Shown here: positions 1 to 11,976 of the stretch, in pieces | Layout: each line of letters begins with the position of its first letter | How positions within the stretch are numbered: position 1 is the stretch's first letter | Assembly (NCBI GenBank): GCA_030141605.1 | Contig: JAQGDQ010000176.1 | Span: 186,001-250,000 of the forward strand | DNA length: 64,000 bases | DNA from: Tubiluchus corallicola | Lineage: Eukaryota; Animalia; Priapulida | Reading direction: 5' to 3' | Made by a program: the position numbers and the translations under genes | Notes under the pieces: generated by a model | The model's database searches: none | What the model was told of the DNA's origin: nothing | Seen by the model: the letters and a program-made list of their open reading frames with translations, nothing else

Positions 1-66
1 CGGCCATATTAACCACACCATATACAGGTCTTTCTTAAGCTTTTTAGTACATCAGCTAGTGCTTAC

Positions 67-185
67 GAATACCCGGTATAATATGTTCGAAGTTTCCATC
101 ATCATGTTTTTCTATATACATTATCGCCGATTGTGCCCAGTTTATTGAACTGTGGGCGCCATTTCAGGCACAACCGCCACCTGTC
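67..185 (-). other. Candidate first exon of a minus-strand gene leaving the window to the left
   Basis: Minus strand has aaATGGCG (YY1/Kozak-like), then ATG ATG ATG GAA ACT TCG AAC ATA TTA TAC CGG GTA TTC (105-67, MMMETSNILYRVF) followed directly by donor GTAAGC (66-61). It lies next to the CCAAT boxes. No homology recognised. Confidence 0.3.
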
Positions 186-320
186 TGCAATGTATTGCAA
201 ACAAACTATAAGCATGCATTGCAGTGTATGTAATCTAACATTAAAACATTTCAAATTAAACCACCCTGTTATTAAAAAGTAATCTTCCATTCGTAAACTC
301 TTTTAACCGAATGCCGTTTT

Positions 321-360
321 CTCATTGGTTAACCCGTTTAATCATTGATTTTGATTGGTT
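321..360. promoter_or_regulatory. Paired CCAAT (NF-Y) boxes, candidate bidirectional promoter
   Basis: ATTGG at 324-328 (ctcATTGGtt) and 354-358 (tgATTGGtt), 30 bp apart, flanked by divergent exon-like segments ending in splice donors (66 minus; 484/489 plus). Confidence 0.4.
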
Positions 361-3300
361 GGGGTAAGTTTTGTTAGGTGTTCCCTTCTGTTTTGGTGAG
401 CTGGGCACCTGACTTAGTTTAACAATTTAACAAGTCTTACTTGCGGTACATACTAGTTCTGGGGGTAGACAGATTGGAAGATGGTAATGTAAGCTTCTGT
501 CGTGTAAAGTTTAGTGTTTCTTTTAGTATGTTACTGCTATCTAGCAAGTCTGGTAACAGTTCCTTAGTTTTCTTTGCGTGGCAAATCTGTAGTTCTGATT
601 TTTATTTTTCTTAGCTTCTGCTGTCTCGTTTTAAAAACACTAATATTCGACCTTCGACTTTATCATAGTCTATGAAAACATTTAGCTGTGACTTCAAATG
701 GTCGCTTTTGCTTGCGCTAGCACTGGATATGTATACGTTGGGTTGCTAGCCTCCCTAACCTCTATTGACCCGAGCCATCTTGGGATGATGAGGGCTTGTC
801 AGCGGTGCAATATCATCATTAGCGTTATTACTGTTTTTATTTCGTATTTTATCGATACTGGTATGAATACATTAATAAAAACACGAGTACTATAGACTAT
901 CCCGCGGATAGTCTACTGCCTTGATTATTTAAAAGATGATTACCATGTTTTCGCAACCTGCTAATCTACACAAGACTATGACTGTTTTGCTTGCCTGTAA
1001 CAATATCCTCGAAAGAAATGATGTGCACTTAATCCAAGTAATAATTATTAAGCCAAAATATGTTGTTAGGAATTGTAAGGCGACGTTCACATTACAACTG
1101 TATAATCATTAATTCGGTAAGCTACTCTGTAACACGCACTACCGACTGCGTGACGATAATGGCCGTTGCCTTTAGTTTGCAGACAAATTGGGCTCATTAC
1201 ATTTCTGTGGCTAAATTAACTTTATCATAGACGCGTCGTAGAGAAGATGAGAAATTATTAGATTATTGGCATGAGCTGTGGTGGCTTGCTGAGGTCTGCT
1301 TCTCGCGGTATTTTACTTTTGTTTGATTCTTTATCCAGTTGCTTAAAGGAAATGGGGTACCAGTAAACTTGTTGTTTTTCACGCAGGCTATCCATGTTGT
1401 TTTTTAAATGTCAGCTTTTAATTTTTTGCATGGTAGAGGTGCAAAAACAAAAAAGGCAATGACAATCAACGATAGTACTTAATGAAAGTGCAAAGGAAAT
1501 AGAATATTTGCTTATATGCTTGTCTGTCTATTGCCTATTAGCTTATAGAGGCAAATCTGAAAAATAAGTTACGTAATGGCAGTCTTTTTCCATCTCTTTA
1601 CCAACACAAGACTCGCAAATATTGAGTAACATTTTCGTTTAGCTTTTCCAATATATAGAAAGCAACTAAAATTGCCTTTGTTTTAGTGAAAGCACGTGTA
1701 CTGTTTATTGAGCGAATTCGCATCGTTAATGATACACCTTGCTTAACACGGTCAATTTGAGAAACTAAAAGCTAGGCCGTGCCGCCACTAGTGCAAATGT
1801 AAAAACGATCTGGGATGGATTCTCCATGAAAACCATCGTTTTAACGTCCGGTGTCAAAAAGACCCGCGGCGAAGCGCCAGAACAAGTTCGACTAGAAAAG
1901 GGAATGACGATGTAATTAGTTAATTTAACATTTAGATTTTTAGACGATTTCCTGCATCATGCACAAAAATAAGACTATTACATCTGACCTGTAAGGATGT
2001 TGAATCCTGAATTAATATAAATCATTATAACTAACTCTGCTGCCATTCCCATTACCGTCACGGTTACATATTGTAAAGGAATATCAGCAGTGATTCATAC
2101 TCAGAAAAGACAGCCATATGTGAACAATTGTAACACAAGACTGATGCTGGAGCAGCGTCTTTGTGAATAGGCGAAGCATTAACATCTAGAGTGTATTAAC
2201 TTGGCTAATCTAAAATTTCCATGAATATCAGTAGTTTGAAAGTGAACTACTTTAGAAGGTCCACTACATAGACCATACTGCACGTCATCGAAAACTGATT
2301 TTTCTGTTTGTGTATAGCTGGATTTGCGAATTTTTAATGTACGAAAAGATTTTTTGCTGTTGGGTACTCATTGGCTTTCTTTTAGGTCCATTTCCTAAAG
2401 AGGACGCGCAGCAAAATTCCTCGAGGAAAAATTCCTTCTGGCTTTCCTTACAAAAATGGAAAAGATTGCTTTTTATATGACACATTTAACACAGACGTCT
2501 CATGAAGAATTTTCTTCGTAGCTTTCATCATGAGGAATTATGCCACCAGCTAGAAATGTGTAGACAGTGATGGCGCTCATGTGTTTATTTTATATAAGTG
2601 TACGCTCAATTTTGAAGTGTTTAGTAGTCACCCTTAAAATTAAAAGCATATGTGATATTTTTACACTGATTAAGATTATTAATTATGATTTAAATAAATA
2701 TGACAAGCTTTTAAAATTATTAAGCATGTCATCTTCATGCTTTTCGCGGCTTCGCTACAACTACGGCATTAAATTTTTGTGTCAGCTTAAAAAGCAGAAA
2801 TAAGCGTTTGTGATTTTCAAATTAAATTATGAAGCGTAACATACTTCAGTGTCATCGGTTATTGGAAGGCTGTCGTGATAATAATAAATGCTCATGAAAA
2901 ACATTATGCATGTTGGCTTCAGTGTCCACGATAGCGAATGATAACTACACTTCTCCAGCCCCTTAAAGGCAGAACCTGAATCTGCTTGAGCTAACTGGAC
3001 GTGCTTAAAAAATCAGCCAGCGGTTTCTGTCATTGATCGTTTCTTACTCAGGATAACACATGGAATGACATTTTTTTCTGATTTTCTGAGAACAATTCTG
3101 GGGCTCATTTTCTTTGCGTCCTCTGTTATTAGGGCCGTATGTCCCCTTTTTGTTTCTGTGTTACGTTTGTTTGTTGCTTATTTGTTTGTTAACATTTGTT
3201 AAATATATTCACTACGACATGTTCATGTTCGGCACCTACTTTTTAGTAATTCTAATTTAAAGTGTCGAGTATAATTTGATATCCTTCAATATACTTCGTT

Positions 3301-3406
3301 TCTTTAAAATGCAATATAACTACAGTCCCTTTATTTTATTGCGATCTGGATAACATCAGCTGGTACATTGTCAACGCTAGACGTCATACAGGCAAGTTCA
3401 TTTAGC

Positions 3407-3616
3407 TGCGCATGCGTCGTTTAGAGAGCAGCGGTTTCGTTCTTGACAATCAATGGCTTCAGCGTGTATGGTGTCTAAATTAAATAATGAACGTGTAGCT
3501 GAGTTGAATAAACTAATAGAGTCGCAATGAATGTGCTGTTGATAAAATAACTATACTAACAAGTTCTGGTTGTATACTCTAGACGAAAGGATAACTTTTC
3601 TTGACTTCAAGTAAGT
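3407..3616 (+). promoter_or_regulatory. NRF1-like site followed by candidate non-coding first exon
   Basis: TGCGCATGCG at 3407-3416 and consensus donor CAA|GTAAGT at 3611-3616. Confidence 0.25.
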
Positions 3617-6140
3617 GGTGTTGTTCAATCACAAATATGAGATTTCTCAAGTTTTTTAGTATTTTGTATCTGAAACATACGAATTGACTTACATGTTCAT
3701 TAAGCATTTTCCGTTTACCGTACTTTTAGAAATGGTAATTGCGGATTAGAATGGTAAAGAACTGAAATTTACAAAAAATCCATTTCTTTATTTCAACTCG
3801 GTCATTATTAATACGCTCCCAAACATGTATCGAGCATACAGTTCTATAAAAAACAACATTTTATATAATCGCTAAGATTTTTTGAGAAAGTTAGCTTGAA
3901 TGAAGCGTCTAAGCCGCGCCTTAGTTCCACTAAATACAGTTTATAATATCTAGTACGGTGTTTAACAACCTTTGCTCCTATGCACCTTTTTTGCTTTATA
4001 TGAGAATGTCACTCCCCCTCTTTCGGAGCTTGTGTGATTTTTAATACATTTTCCTATACACGTTTTCGCCTTAATAAGTATGTCAGAAGTCATCAGCGGT
4101 TTTTCAGATTGTCTGACTCTATATCAATACATTTAGGTTTACTTGGATTAGTTTTATAGCGGATCTTTATAAATTTAATAGCAATAGAAATTGTTAGTAG
4201 TTAAGATTTGAACAGAAATAGCAATAGTCCTCATGTTAAAAGCTGGTGGATTTTATAACTTGAAAAGAAGTATAGTTCTTAAATTAGTCTGTGACCAAGT
4301 GTGTTGTCCCGTAGACTGTGTACCTAATTTGTCGAAATGTAGTTTATAGAAGATCATTATTCGCATAATTTTGCCAATGAATCGAAAAAGTAAATATCGA
4401 AAAAACTATTTTGTAATTCACCCCTGAATTCGCTATTGGCTTATAGCACTCCACACCTATAAATCGAATGCTTGGCACTAAGCAGTAAATACATACTAAA
4501 TATTATGTATTTAGTAAGGACGTGTAACGTGCTAAAAGTGAAAACGCTGAGATGTAACTACAGAAACAGAAATACTTCGCAAAGACTGCGCAGTAAGCTA
4601 TTGTTGCAAACATGTACCTACTAAGGGTTACTTTCGTTTGAGAAGCGGATTGAGGTAATCCAACTATACATGAACCAGACCAGTTTTAATTCAGTCTTCA
4701 TTATTAAAACAACGTGATGACTTCTCGGTTAATTTTAGGTGAACTCATCCAGCGGTATTGATTTTGAGTTTGCCGTATGAATTATTCAGACTTCGGGCAG
4801 TACGTGCCGAATTACAGACACCCGTTGAGGATGATCAAACTCATTCATGATTTTTCTATTGACAGAAGCCTGAAATTTTTGTCCAAAATTTAAAAGCTTT
4901 ACTAAAATCGAAATCTGTTCCTTTGTTGATTTCAGAAAGCTTGTTTCTCACCTTCAAGGCTCCAACCCATTCGTTACAACGCATTTTCTAACAACGTTCG
5001 TAATTATGCTCATCACTGCTGAGACTTTGTCGCTGATGAATACTATCAATTACGCTCAGATGGGTTTCTCTGATCTCAGCTTATTCACTATTCATTGACC
5101 CGTGACGAACAGAATAATTAATTCTCGCAGAGTAGCTGTCGGGGTAACGTGAGACTTTCTGGTTTCTAGTTCAAGTTAAAGTTAAACAAACAAGATTAGA
5201 TATTCTCCTCCAAGCGAGATTAAAAGATTTTATTTTATTTGGCTAAGAACCAATAATATTTTCGGCTGGTGTAGGCTAGTCTCATAATTTTCAATTTCGC
5301 TCTCTGTGGCCCTGATAATCTGTCTAATCTGTGTTATCGCTGGATATAATCTTATCATGTTTTGTTAACTCACCACTATAACAACTGCCATCATCACCAA
5401 TAATATTAACTTTGAATTATTTTTACTATCCGCTAGTCCAGGCTATTATCACCTTGTTTTGTTACGTATACAATGTGTTTTGCAATTTCATACAGAATCT
5501 AATGAATGTTAGCTTGAAAAGTTGAAGATTTTTTTAAATTGAAACAGTCCAAGATGGGTCACCAAAACACTGAAATTATTATTTTGTTTTGTGTTCCCCA
5601 AAGTGCTAAAGATATTTCATGTTTTCTGGTTCAATGGCGAACGTCTTATTGGGCTTCCACTATTGAGCTTATAATTAAAGGAAGATTTCGACAATAATCC
5701 TGGTGCTTTGTTTTTTGACAATCTTCTTAGATGTGATCTTCTTAAAATGAATAAAAGTTATGGAAATTCACAGCCAAAATTAGTGTTGCCTGGAAGAATA
5801 AGAGCAACTGAGTTGCAGAAATTTAGTAAAACAAAAACTACTTCAAGCAAATTCTGCCAGGTTAAGACACAAGAACTCCTGCAACATATATTTGTAAGCC
5901 ACACAGACTGCCAAAAATCGAATATTGAAAGCCGTCGCCTTTGCCTAGCTGTCAGCTTATGGTAATAAAACTTTGTTCACATATTAATGGAGAAGCGCAA
6001 TAAGCTAGATGTCATAATTATTACAATAAATGTCATGCATAAAATATGGCTCCCTTAACGTAATTAGAATAACACGGACAAAAAACAAAATGTCAAAGTT
6101 CATATACGTGCATATAAGTTTTTTACATTATTGTATGTGT

Positions 6141-6247
6141 GTATGTATGTATGTATGTATGTATGTATGTATGTATGTATGTATGTATGTATGTATGTAT
6201 GTATGTATGTATGTATGTATGTATGTATGTACGTACGTACGTACGTA

Positions 6248-6331
<84 letters not shown>

Positions 6332-6336
6332 TGTAT
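6141..6336. repeat. Compound tetranucleotide microsatellite (GTAT)22(GTAC)5(GCAC)20 GCAT GTAT
   Basis: Read directly. It explains the MYVC/RACV ORFs at 6030-6384. Confidence 0.97.
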
Positions 6337-7544
6337 GTGATTATATTGTACTTAAATCCACACTACATTAAATCCACATGTTGAAATTTATTCACCTGCA
6401 AGGATGTTTACTTAAAGGAAGACAGGATGATTTTTCAGACACTACCCTATTTCAAGTACGGTAAAAACGTATACATTTTAACACAAATAATACTTCAAAT
6501 GCGTTTCTGATAATTAGATTAAATCTTAATTAACGGCGGGCGAGCCCAACTATTGATGACATCACAAACTAACATAATCTTCAACAGCAAATATATTCCA
6601 CAAGCGTGTTGCGCATGTTTGCGAAAGCGAAAACTGAAGTACAGTACTACTGTAAGATATTCAGTGTGTTGCACTAAAACTAGGCAGGTTTTCACATAAA
6701 AATTCAAATTTAAAATTTACCGCTGCACTCGCGCATGAGCTGTCGAACGTCTGCAGTTCGTCACAAACTAACACATCTGAATTGAGAGGTACAGCACCTG
6801 TTTTATGTGTAACGCTTAACTAGCGAACGGTGAAGTGCATGTAACATGCAAAGAACTAGTGACGCGAACGCGAAAATGCGTGTGTGTGTGTGGTAATAAT
6901 TCTTTCACGTAAGGCATTTTTTAAAAAATAGCATGTTTCCTTTCAATATTTTAAAGAACAGGTTGTTTTGATTTGCAGTTTAACATTGGGTCCGGTTTTG
7001 CTTTAATTCTTTTGTAAATTGTGAAAATGCACAAAAAATGTGCAAACTATGTTTCGTATTTCTCAAAGCAATAATTATTGGACCAGTGCAACGCTGCATT
7101 ATTTTTTGTTTTTCTTTTAACCTAATCTCAGTCTCCATTTCACATTTCTCACTAAGAGTTTCGAGTTTTTTTTACCAATTCTATACCTGTCGGTTACAGA
7201 CATCACAGCTCCACTACCTCTTGTTATGGAATACTTGCTGATGTCTAATGGGCTACTCATGTCAAGCACATATGCGTCGCAACAAGCATTTCCATTTTAA
7301 CCGGAATTTCTGTTATCGACTCGAGGATTAAAAGGGATTTTCGAACATTGGCGATTGGTCAGACAGAAGCTGGCCAACAGACAGTCTTGTGTTCTTACAT
7401 TATTTTAATCATAAAACACTCTTAGTAGATTGGCGTAATAAGACACAATGTGCCACGCTAGTCGCTAGTTAAGATTATTGGATGCACTAACCACTGAGCA
7501 CTGAGGTTTTTACGTGCAGAGAAGCTTTGAAAACTATAAGAACA

Positions 7545-7780
7545 GTTGTTAGTGTTGACGTTGATTGTCTTGTATTTGTCGTTATTGTTACAGCTATTGC
7601 TGATATGCTTTGCTGAAATGGCTGCTTGTTGTCGCTGTTGTTACTGCTGTTGCTGTTGGTATTGTCGTTGTTGTTGTCGTTCCTGTTGCTTCTGCTGTTG
7701 TTGCCTTTGACATTGTCGTTGTCGTTGTTTGTGTCATTGTTGCTGTGCGTTGTATTGTTGTATTTGGCCACAATATTGTT
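7545..7780. repeat. Degenerate mixed triplet low-complexity tract (GTT/GCT/GTC)
   Basis: Triplet periodicity read directly. It explains the ORFs at 7487-7822. Confidence 0.85.
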
Positions 7781-8054
7781 ATGAATTTATTTTGGAATGT
7801 TAAATTACTCATTAGGAAATAATCAACACCAATTAATGAATAGATATCATCAGACAGAAGACTATTCAGTGTGTTGAGCAGAACTCACTCAGCTTCTCCC
7901 TCGCATTTAATATACTTATGAAAACGTTTATGACAACTAGTTGATAATAGAAAGTAAAGTAATAGGCAAATAGAATTGTAACTACATTATGAACTATAAA
8001 ACTTAAGGGAAGTTTGGCCTATATTGATCCGTATTTCCGAGATAGGTGTGAACT

Positions 8055-8917
8055 TGTAATGTAATTCGAAGCTCGTTAGCAGGGTCCACGAGCAATGACG
8101 ATGATGGTACTCGGTCAGCCTAACTAATTAACAGGTGTTACACCATTGTTCATAATTGAGAGGACTGTTGTCAGAACTCCACCACGTGGACGAAGAGAAA
8201 AACTCCGGGCTAATTTAGTAAACAGTTAATGAGGGCTGAAAGCAGAGCCATGAATTTTGGAACAGTGACATTCTAGGACTCTGTCCTACAAGCAGCAAAA
8301 AGTATCGAGGCGCTTAAAGTCGAGATGCCCTGATGATCAGGGTGACGAAGCGCTCAGAAGTCAGAATGCTCTGATAGCCAGCCACGGGGCGTATCTTGTC
8401 ACATGATCGAGAGGTTTTCACAAGGGGAGGGGTACGATGAGAGTTCGAGGCTTTTTGGTCGATGTTTGGAAGGTGACACGGTGTGGACTCTCAGCCAGGA
8501 ACTCTGAAGTTACGAGCTATTGTTTCTATTGTTCAGCGTAGACTTCATCTGCGTCGTTGGGTTGAACCAACCTCTGAAGCTAAGAACCGCTCATATTAGA
8601 AAAGGACTGAACCCATTATAGGGACTCGTAAATTGGCCAATCCCAGAGTTAAGTGATGTTATATATTACATGTATGGTTATAATAATCTTGTACTTAATT
8701 GTTGAAGGCTGTACATTGTTAATTAAAGGAACAGTTGTCACTAAATTATTTGTGAACTTATTGAAGTTGTACCGACACACTGTAGTTGCGAAATTCTGTT
8801 GGTTGATTATAAACTCAGTTTGTGAATCTAATTAAATTGTGATTGTCAAAACCATTAGTTTTATCAAACCTGTATAATTAATAAACCGTATATACAACTG
8901 TCAATATTGCATTTACA
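8055..8917 (+). mobile_element. Possible solo LTR of an LTR retrotransposon
   Basis: Starts TGTAATGTAA and ends GCATTTACA (TG..CA, short inverted termini). The 5' part is GC-richer with an internal imperfect duplication (about 8305-8375), and AATAAA sits at 8880-8885 near the end. No clean TSD or PBS seen. Confidence 0.4.
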
Positions 8918-10585
8918 TTGATTTGTACCAACGAGAATTACTTCGAAGTTTTGTAAACTCGAAAAAAAACTATCTGTTGCACGAACCTAGCACGGACCAT
9001 ATTCACACTGAAGCAGTTTATTGCTGCCCACCTAGTAAACTAGGGAGATACAGATTTACTACACAACGTGTATATCGTGGTCTGAGGTCGCTTTTGTATT
9101 CGTCATAGCCATTCCGACTCAGCCAAAGCTCCCGTAGTCGGGGGATCAATCGAACAATTAATTACCTAATCAGCGCTTGTACTACCATTATAAAAAGAGC
9201 GGGAAAATGTATACGTAAAGTTAAGATTAATCGCAATGAGCGGTATGTGATGGTGGAAGGGAGGCGAATGCAGTTATTGCACAAAAATGGTAAAACAGAG
9301 CCAGTTTTTAAGCAAAATACACCCATTTAGGCTATTCTCTTACTTGCAATTGTTTTTTTGCTTGGAATAGAAGGTACACCTACTTCGTTTGCAGCGACGT
9401 AAAAGACTTTTCTCGCATTGAGCTAGATATACAGCGTTCTATACGTCCACAAAAACAGTCTAATATGAGAGCTTTTTGCACAACATCTATTTTAAATACA
9501 TGTAGCTGCAACAGAAAATTTCCTAGTTTGGCAAGGCCAGACTCGTCAGCCACGCAAGGATAGGCCTATTAACAAGATATAGACATACATAGACTGCACA
9601 TTACACTAGTGTGCACTATTGTATAGATTATGCACTATAAATATTAATTAGGCATTGACATAGATTGATAGACAGGAAAGGATTGCCTTCCCCCGTAGAG
9701 ATAAAACCACAAAGGAATAGAAAAACGGCACAAAAATGAGAAGGATCAATTAATTTTGAGTAAAGAACATTTATCTTAATATTTACTACTGCTATTAATT
9801 GCAGCTTTAAGGGTCATAAAAGGCAGAAGTACGTTTCATCTTGGTTTCTCTATGGAAATAGAGTCAGGACTCATTTCTTCAAGAACCTCTTCGATTTTTG
9901 ATTTCTGACAGTAAGAGGTGAAAAGAATTAAAAAAAATCAGAATTAATAAGAAACATTATAATGATTAACGTATTATAAAGTACATTAAATAATTACATA
10001 TACTTGGGAGCTTATTTCACCACACCCTGTACATCTTCAACAAGAATGAAAATGAGTTAATTATCTTTACGTGTCTGACGATTTTGCCACAATCAAGCTA
10101 GAATATTTTCTAACTGGTCAAGGTCGAAATTGCACTAACATACCTACTTAAAATAGATCCATGATATCATGTGTAAATGATATCGTAATAACACTGTTTT
10201 GCAGAAGACTGTGGTTCAGTGATCGGATGATCTAGTGGAATTCACGTGGACTGGTCAAAGTCTTTCAAAGATTGACCTTTAGACTATTATCCGATCAACA
10301 GCCGATGTAAGTAGGGGCGGAATTCTGTATTGCCAACGTTTGTTGAACAAACTAATACTTCGCGTTATACACATATAGTGTGTTTAATTAGTAAATCAGT
10401 ATGCGTTTATTTAGAAATAAAGTAAAGAAATAGTTGTAGAATTAGCGATTAGTCGGTTATATCAAAAGTTATGTGTTCCAGAAAGAGCACTGAAGTACAT
10501 AGATTTAGATCAGTTATAGATTATGTTTTGTAAATTTCTGACCTACTGAATTGTAAATGAACTACATTTAATTTTGGCTAGTATC

Positions 10586-10682
10586 AGGGTTAGGGTTGGA
10601 GTTAGGATTATTTCTTTTTCCTGTGCCTTTTTTCTGTGGTTTTTTTCCAGTGACTTTTTTCCGTTACTTTTTTACCTATAAC
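10586..10682. mobile_element. Terminal fragment of a non-autonomous element: TTAGGG-like units plus 15-bp periodic array
   Basis: agggttagggttggagttaggatta followed by units such as ttttcctgtgccttt / tttccagtgactttt / ttccgttactttttt, similar to the array at 23770-23892. Confidence 0.5.
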
Positions 10683-11127
10683 TTTATTACCTTAATTCAA
10701 TTCACGATGTGTGTAACTGTGTATTGCCAAAATGCAAATACGGCTGTTCATAATGACATTGCATGTATCTTTATTATAATTCACAAAATATTTAATATTG
10801 CATCTAACATTCAAATATACTAGCTAATATTATTGATCTAGTTTTCGCAATTAGAAATTCATCAAAAACAATCAAACCTAGGTTCAACTCGATGATTTGC
10901 CACGTATGCCGTGAGCACAAGATAACTTTTTTAACAAAAAATTAAAATACTCAATAAAATATTTTCAACGCCTATATAAATTGACCTAAGTGGATGTCTT
11001 TCTGTCTGACGTGATATCTTTATATGCAGTTTTCACAAATAATCACCATTGAAGTTTTAAATAAGTCTTATTATTTTTTCACAAAAGATTCTTTCACATA
11101 CAAAATATAATTTCTAGGTTTATGACA

Positions 11128-11976
11128 CTAATCTACTTTCTTTCTTGGTATATTTTTAAGGTACGCTTCGTTAAAATAGTGCATAAATAATACGAAGTAG
11201 CTTGTATACATCGCCAAGCTAACCGTGATGACAGCAGTACTTTCAGTGGTACAGTGTTTACCTTTGGAAACCAAGTATAATTCAGCCACGCCAGTAATAA
11301 AACCAATAACCATTTGAATAATTTGCAGTGATGTGATGAAAATGTTAAAAACTCGAGGCACCTTGACACGAGCAGCTCGCAATGCGTAGTACAGGTACAT
11401 GATGGCATGTACAGTGTAGTTAAGAGTAATGAAGTACCTAGGGGAACCACAGCAATATTGTGCGCTCCACCAACAGTACATCATGACCGTAATGTGATGA
11501 TACCAGTGCAGAAATATCAGCTTCTGCTTCCGGAGTACCACGAAGAACGTATCGACTAGTTCCGGTGCCTTGGCAGTGACGAACAACAGCGACCATAATC
11601 CGGCGGTGCTGTACTGGTAGTAACAGTTGCATACTGTATGCTGCCATCCAAAATTTCGAACCAAGTACACGAGCTCCGTCCACATCCGACAGGCACCCAA
11701 GAAGCTAAAAGCGGCAAGAAAAACATTCCAAAGTGTTAGGGCCCCTCTCAAGCTGTATGGCTTTCGAGTTTTCATCCAGTATTGCACGCTGAATATGCAT
11801 AAAACGTACACAATCGATAAGTGAATCGTATAGTGCCAGTGTTGTCCCATCCATCCATTGCGACCTCCCCAGTACTTATAGCTGAATTTGTCTTCAAAGG
11901 GAAACACGTACGGATACCTTGGTTTGTACGCAAGATCACTAGAAGTTTTGTTCAGATTTTTATACAGTTCTTCCAT
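11128..11976 (-). CDS. ELOVL6: Elongation of very long chain fatty acids protein, ELOVL3/6 type (GNS1/SUR4 family), 282 aa, uninterrupted CDS
   Basis: ELO motifs KAPELVDTFFVVLRK, FLHWYHH (HxxHH), NYTVHAIMYLYY and TSLQIIQM; multiple hydrophobic segments; C-terminal KKVD dilysine ER-retrieval signal; start context aaaATGG. The symbol denotes the subfamily, not proven orthology. Confidence 0.95.
   Translation of the reverse strand: MEELYKNLNKTSSDLAYKPRYPYVFPFEDKFSYKYWGGRNGWMGQHWHYTIHLSIVYVLCIFSVQYWMKTRKPYSLRGALTLWNVFLAAFSFLGACRMWTELVYLVRNFGWQHTVCNCYYQYSTAGLWSLLFVTAKAPELVDTFFVVLRKQKLIFLHWYHHITVMMYCWWSAQYCCGSPRYFITLNYTVHAIMYLYYALRAARVKVPRVFNIFITSLQIIQMVIGFITGVAELYLVSKGKHCTTESTAVITVSLAMYTSYFVLFMHYFNEAYLKNIPRKKVD

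Noticed and set aside
5018-5080. C/D snoRNA-like layout (TGATGA..CTGA with a 7-bp terminal stem)
   Set aside because: The boxes are too close together, the C box is offset 9 nt from the stem and no rRNA guide was recognised.
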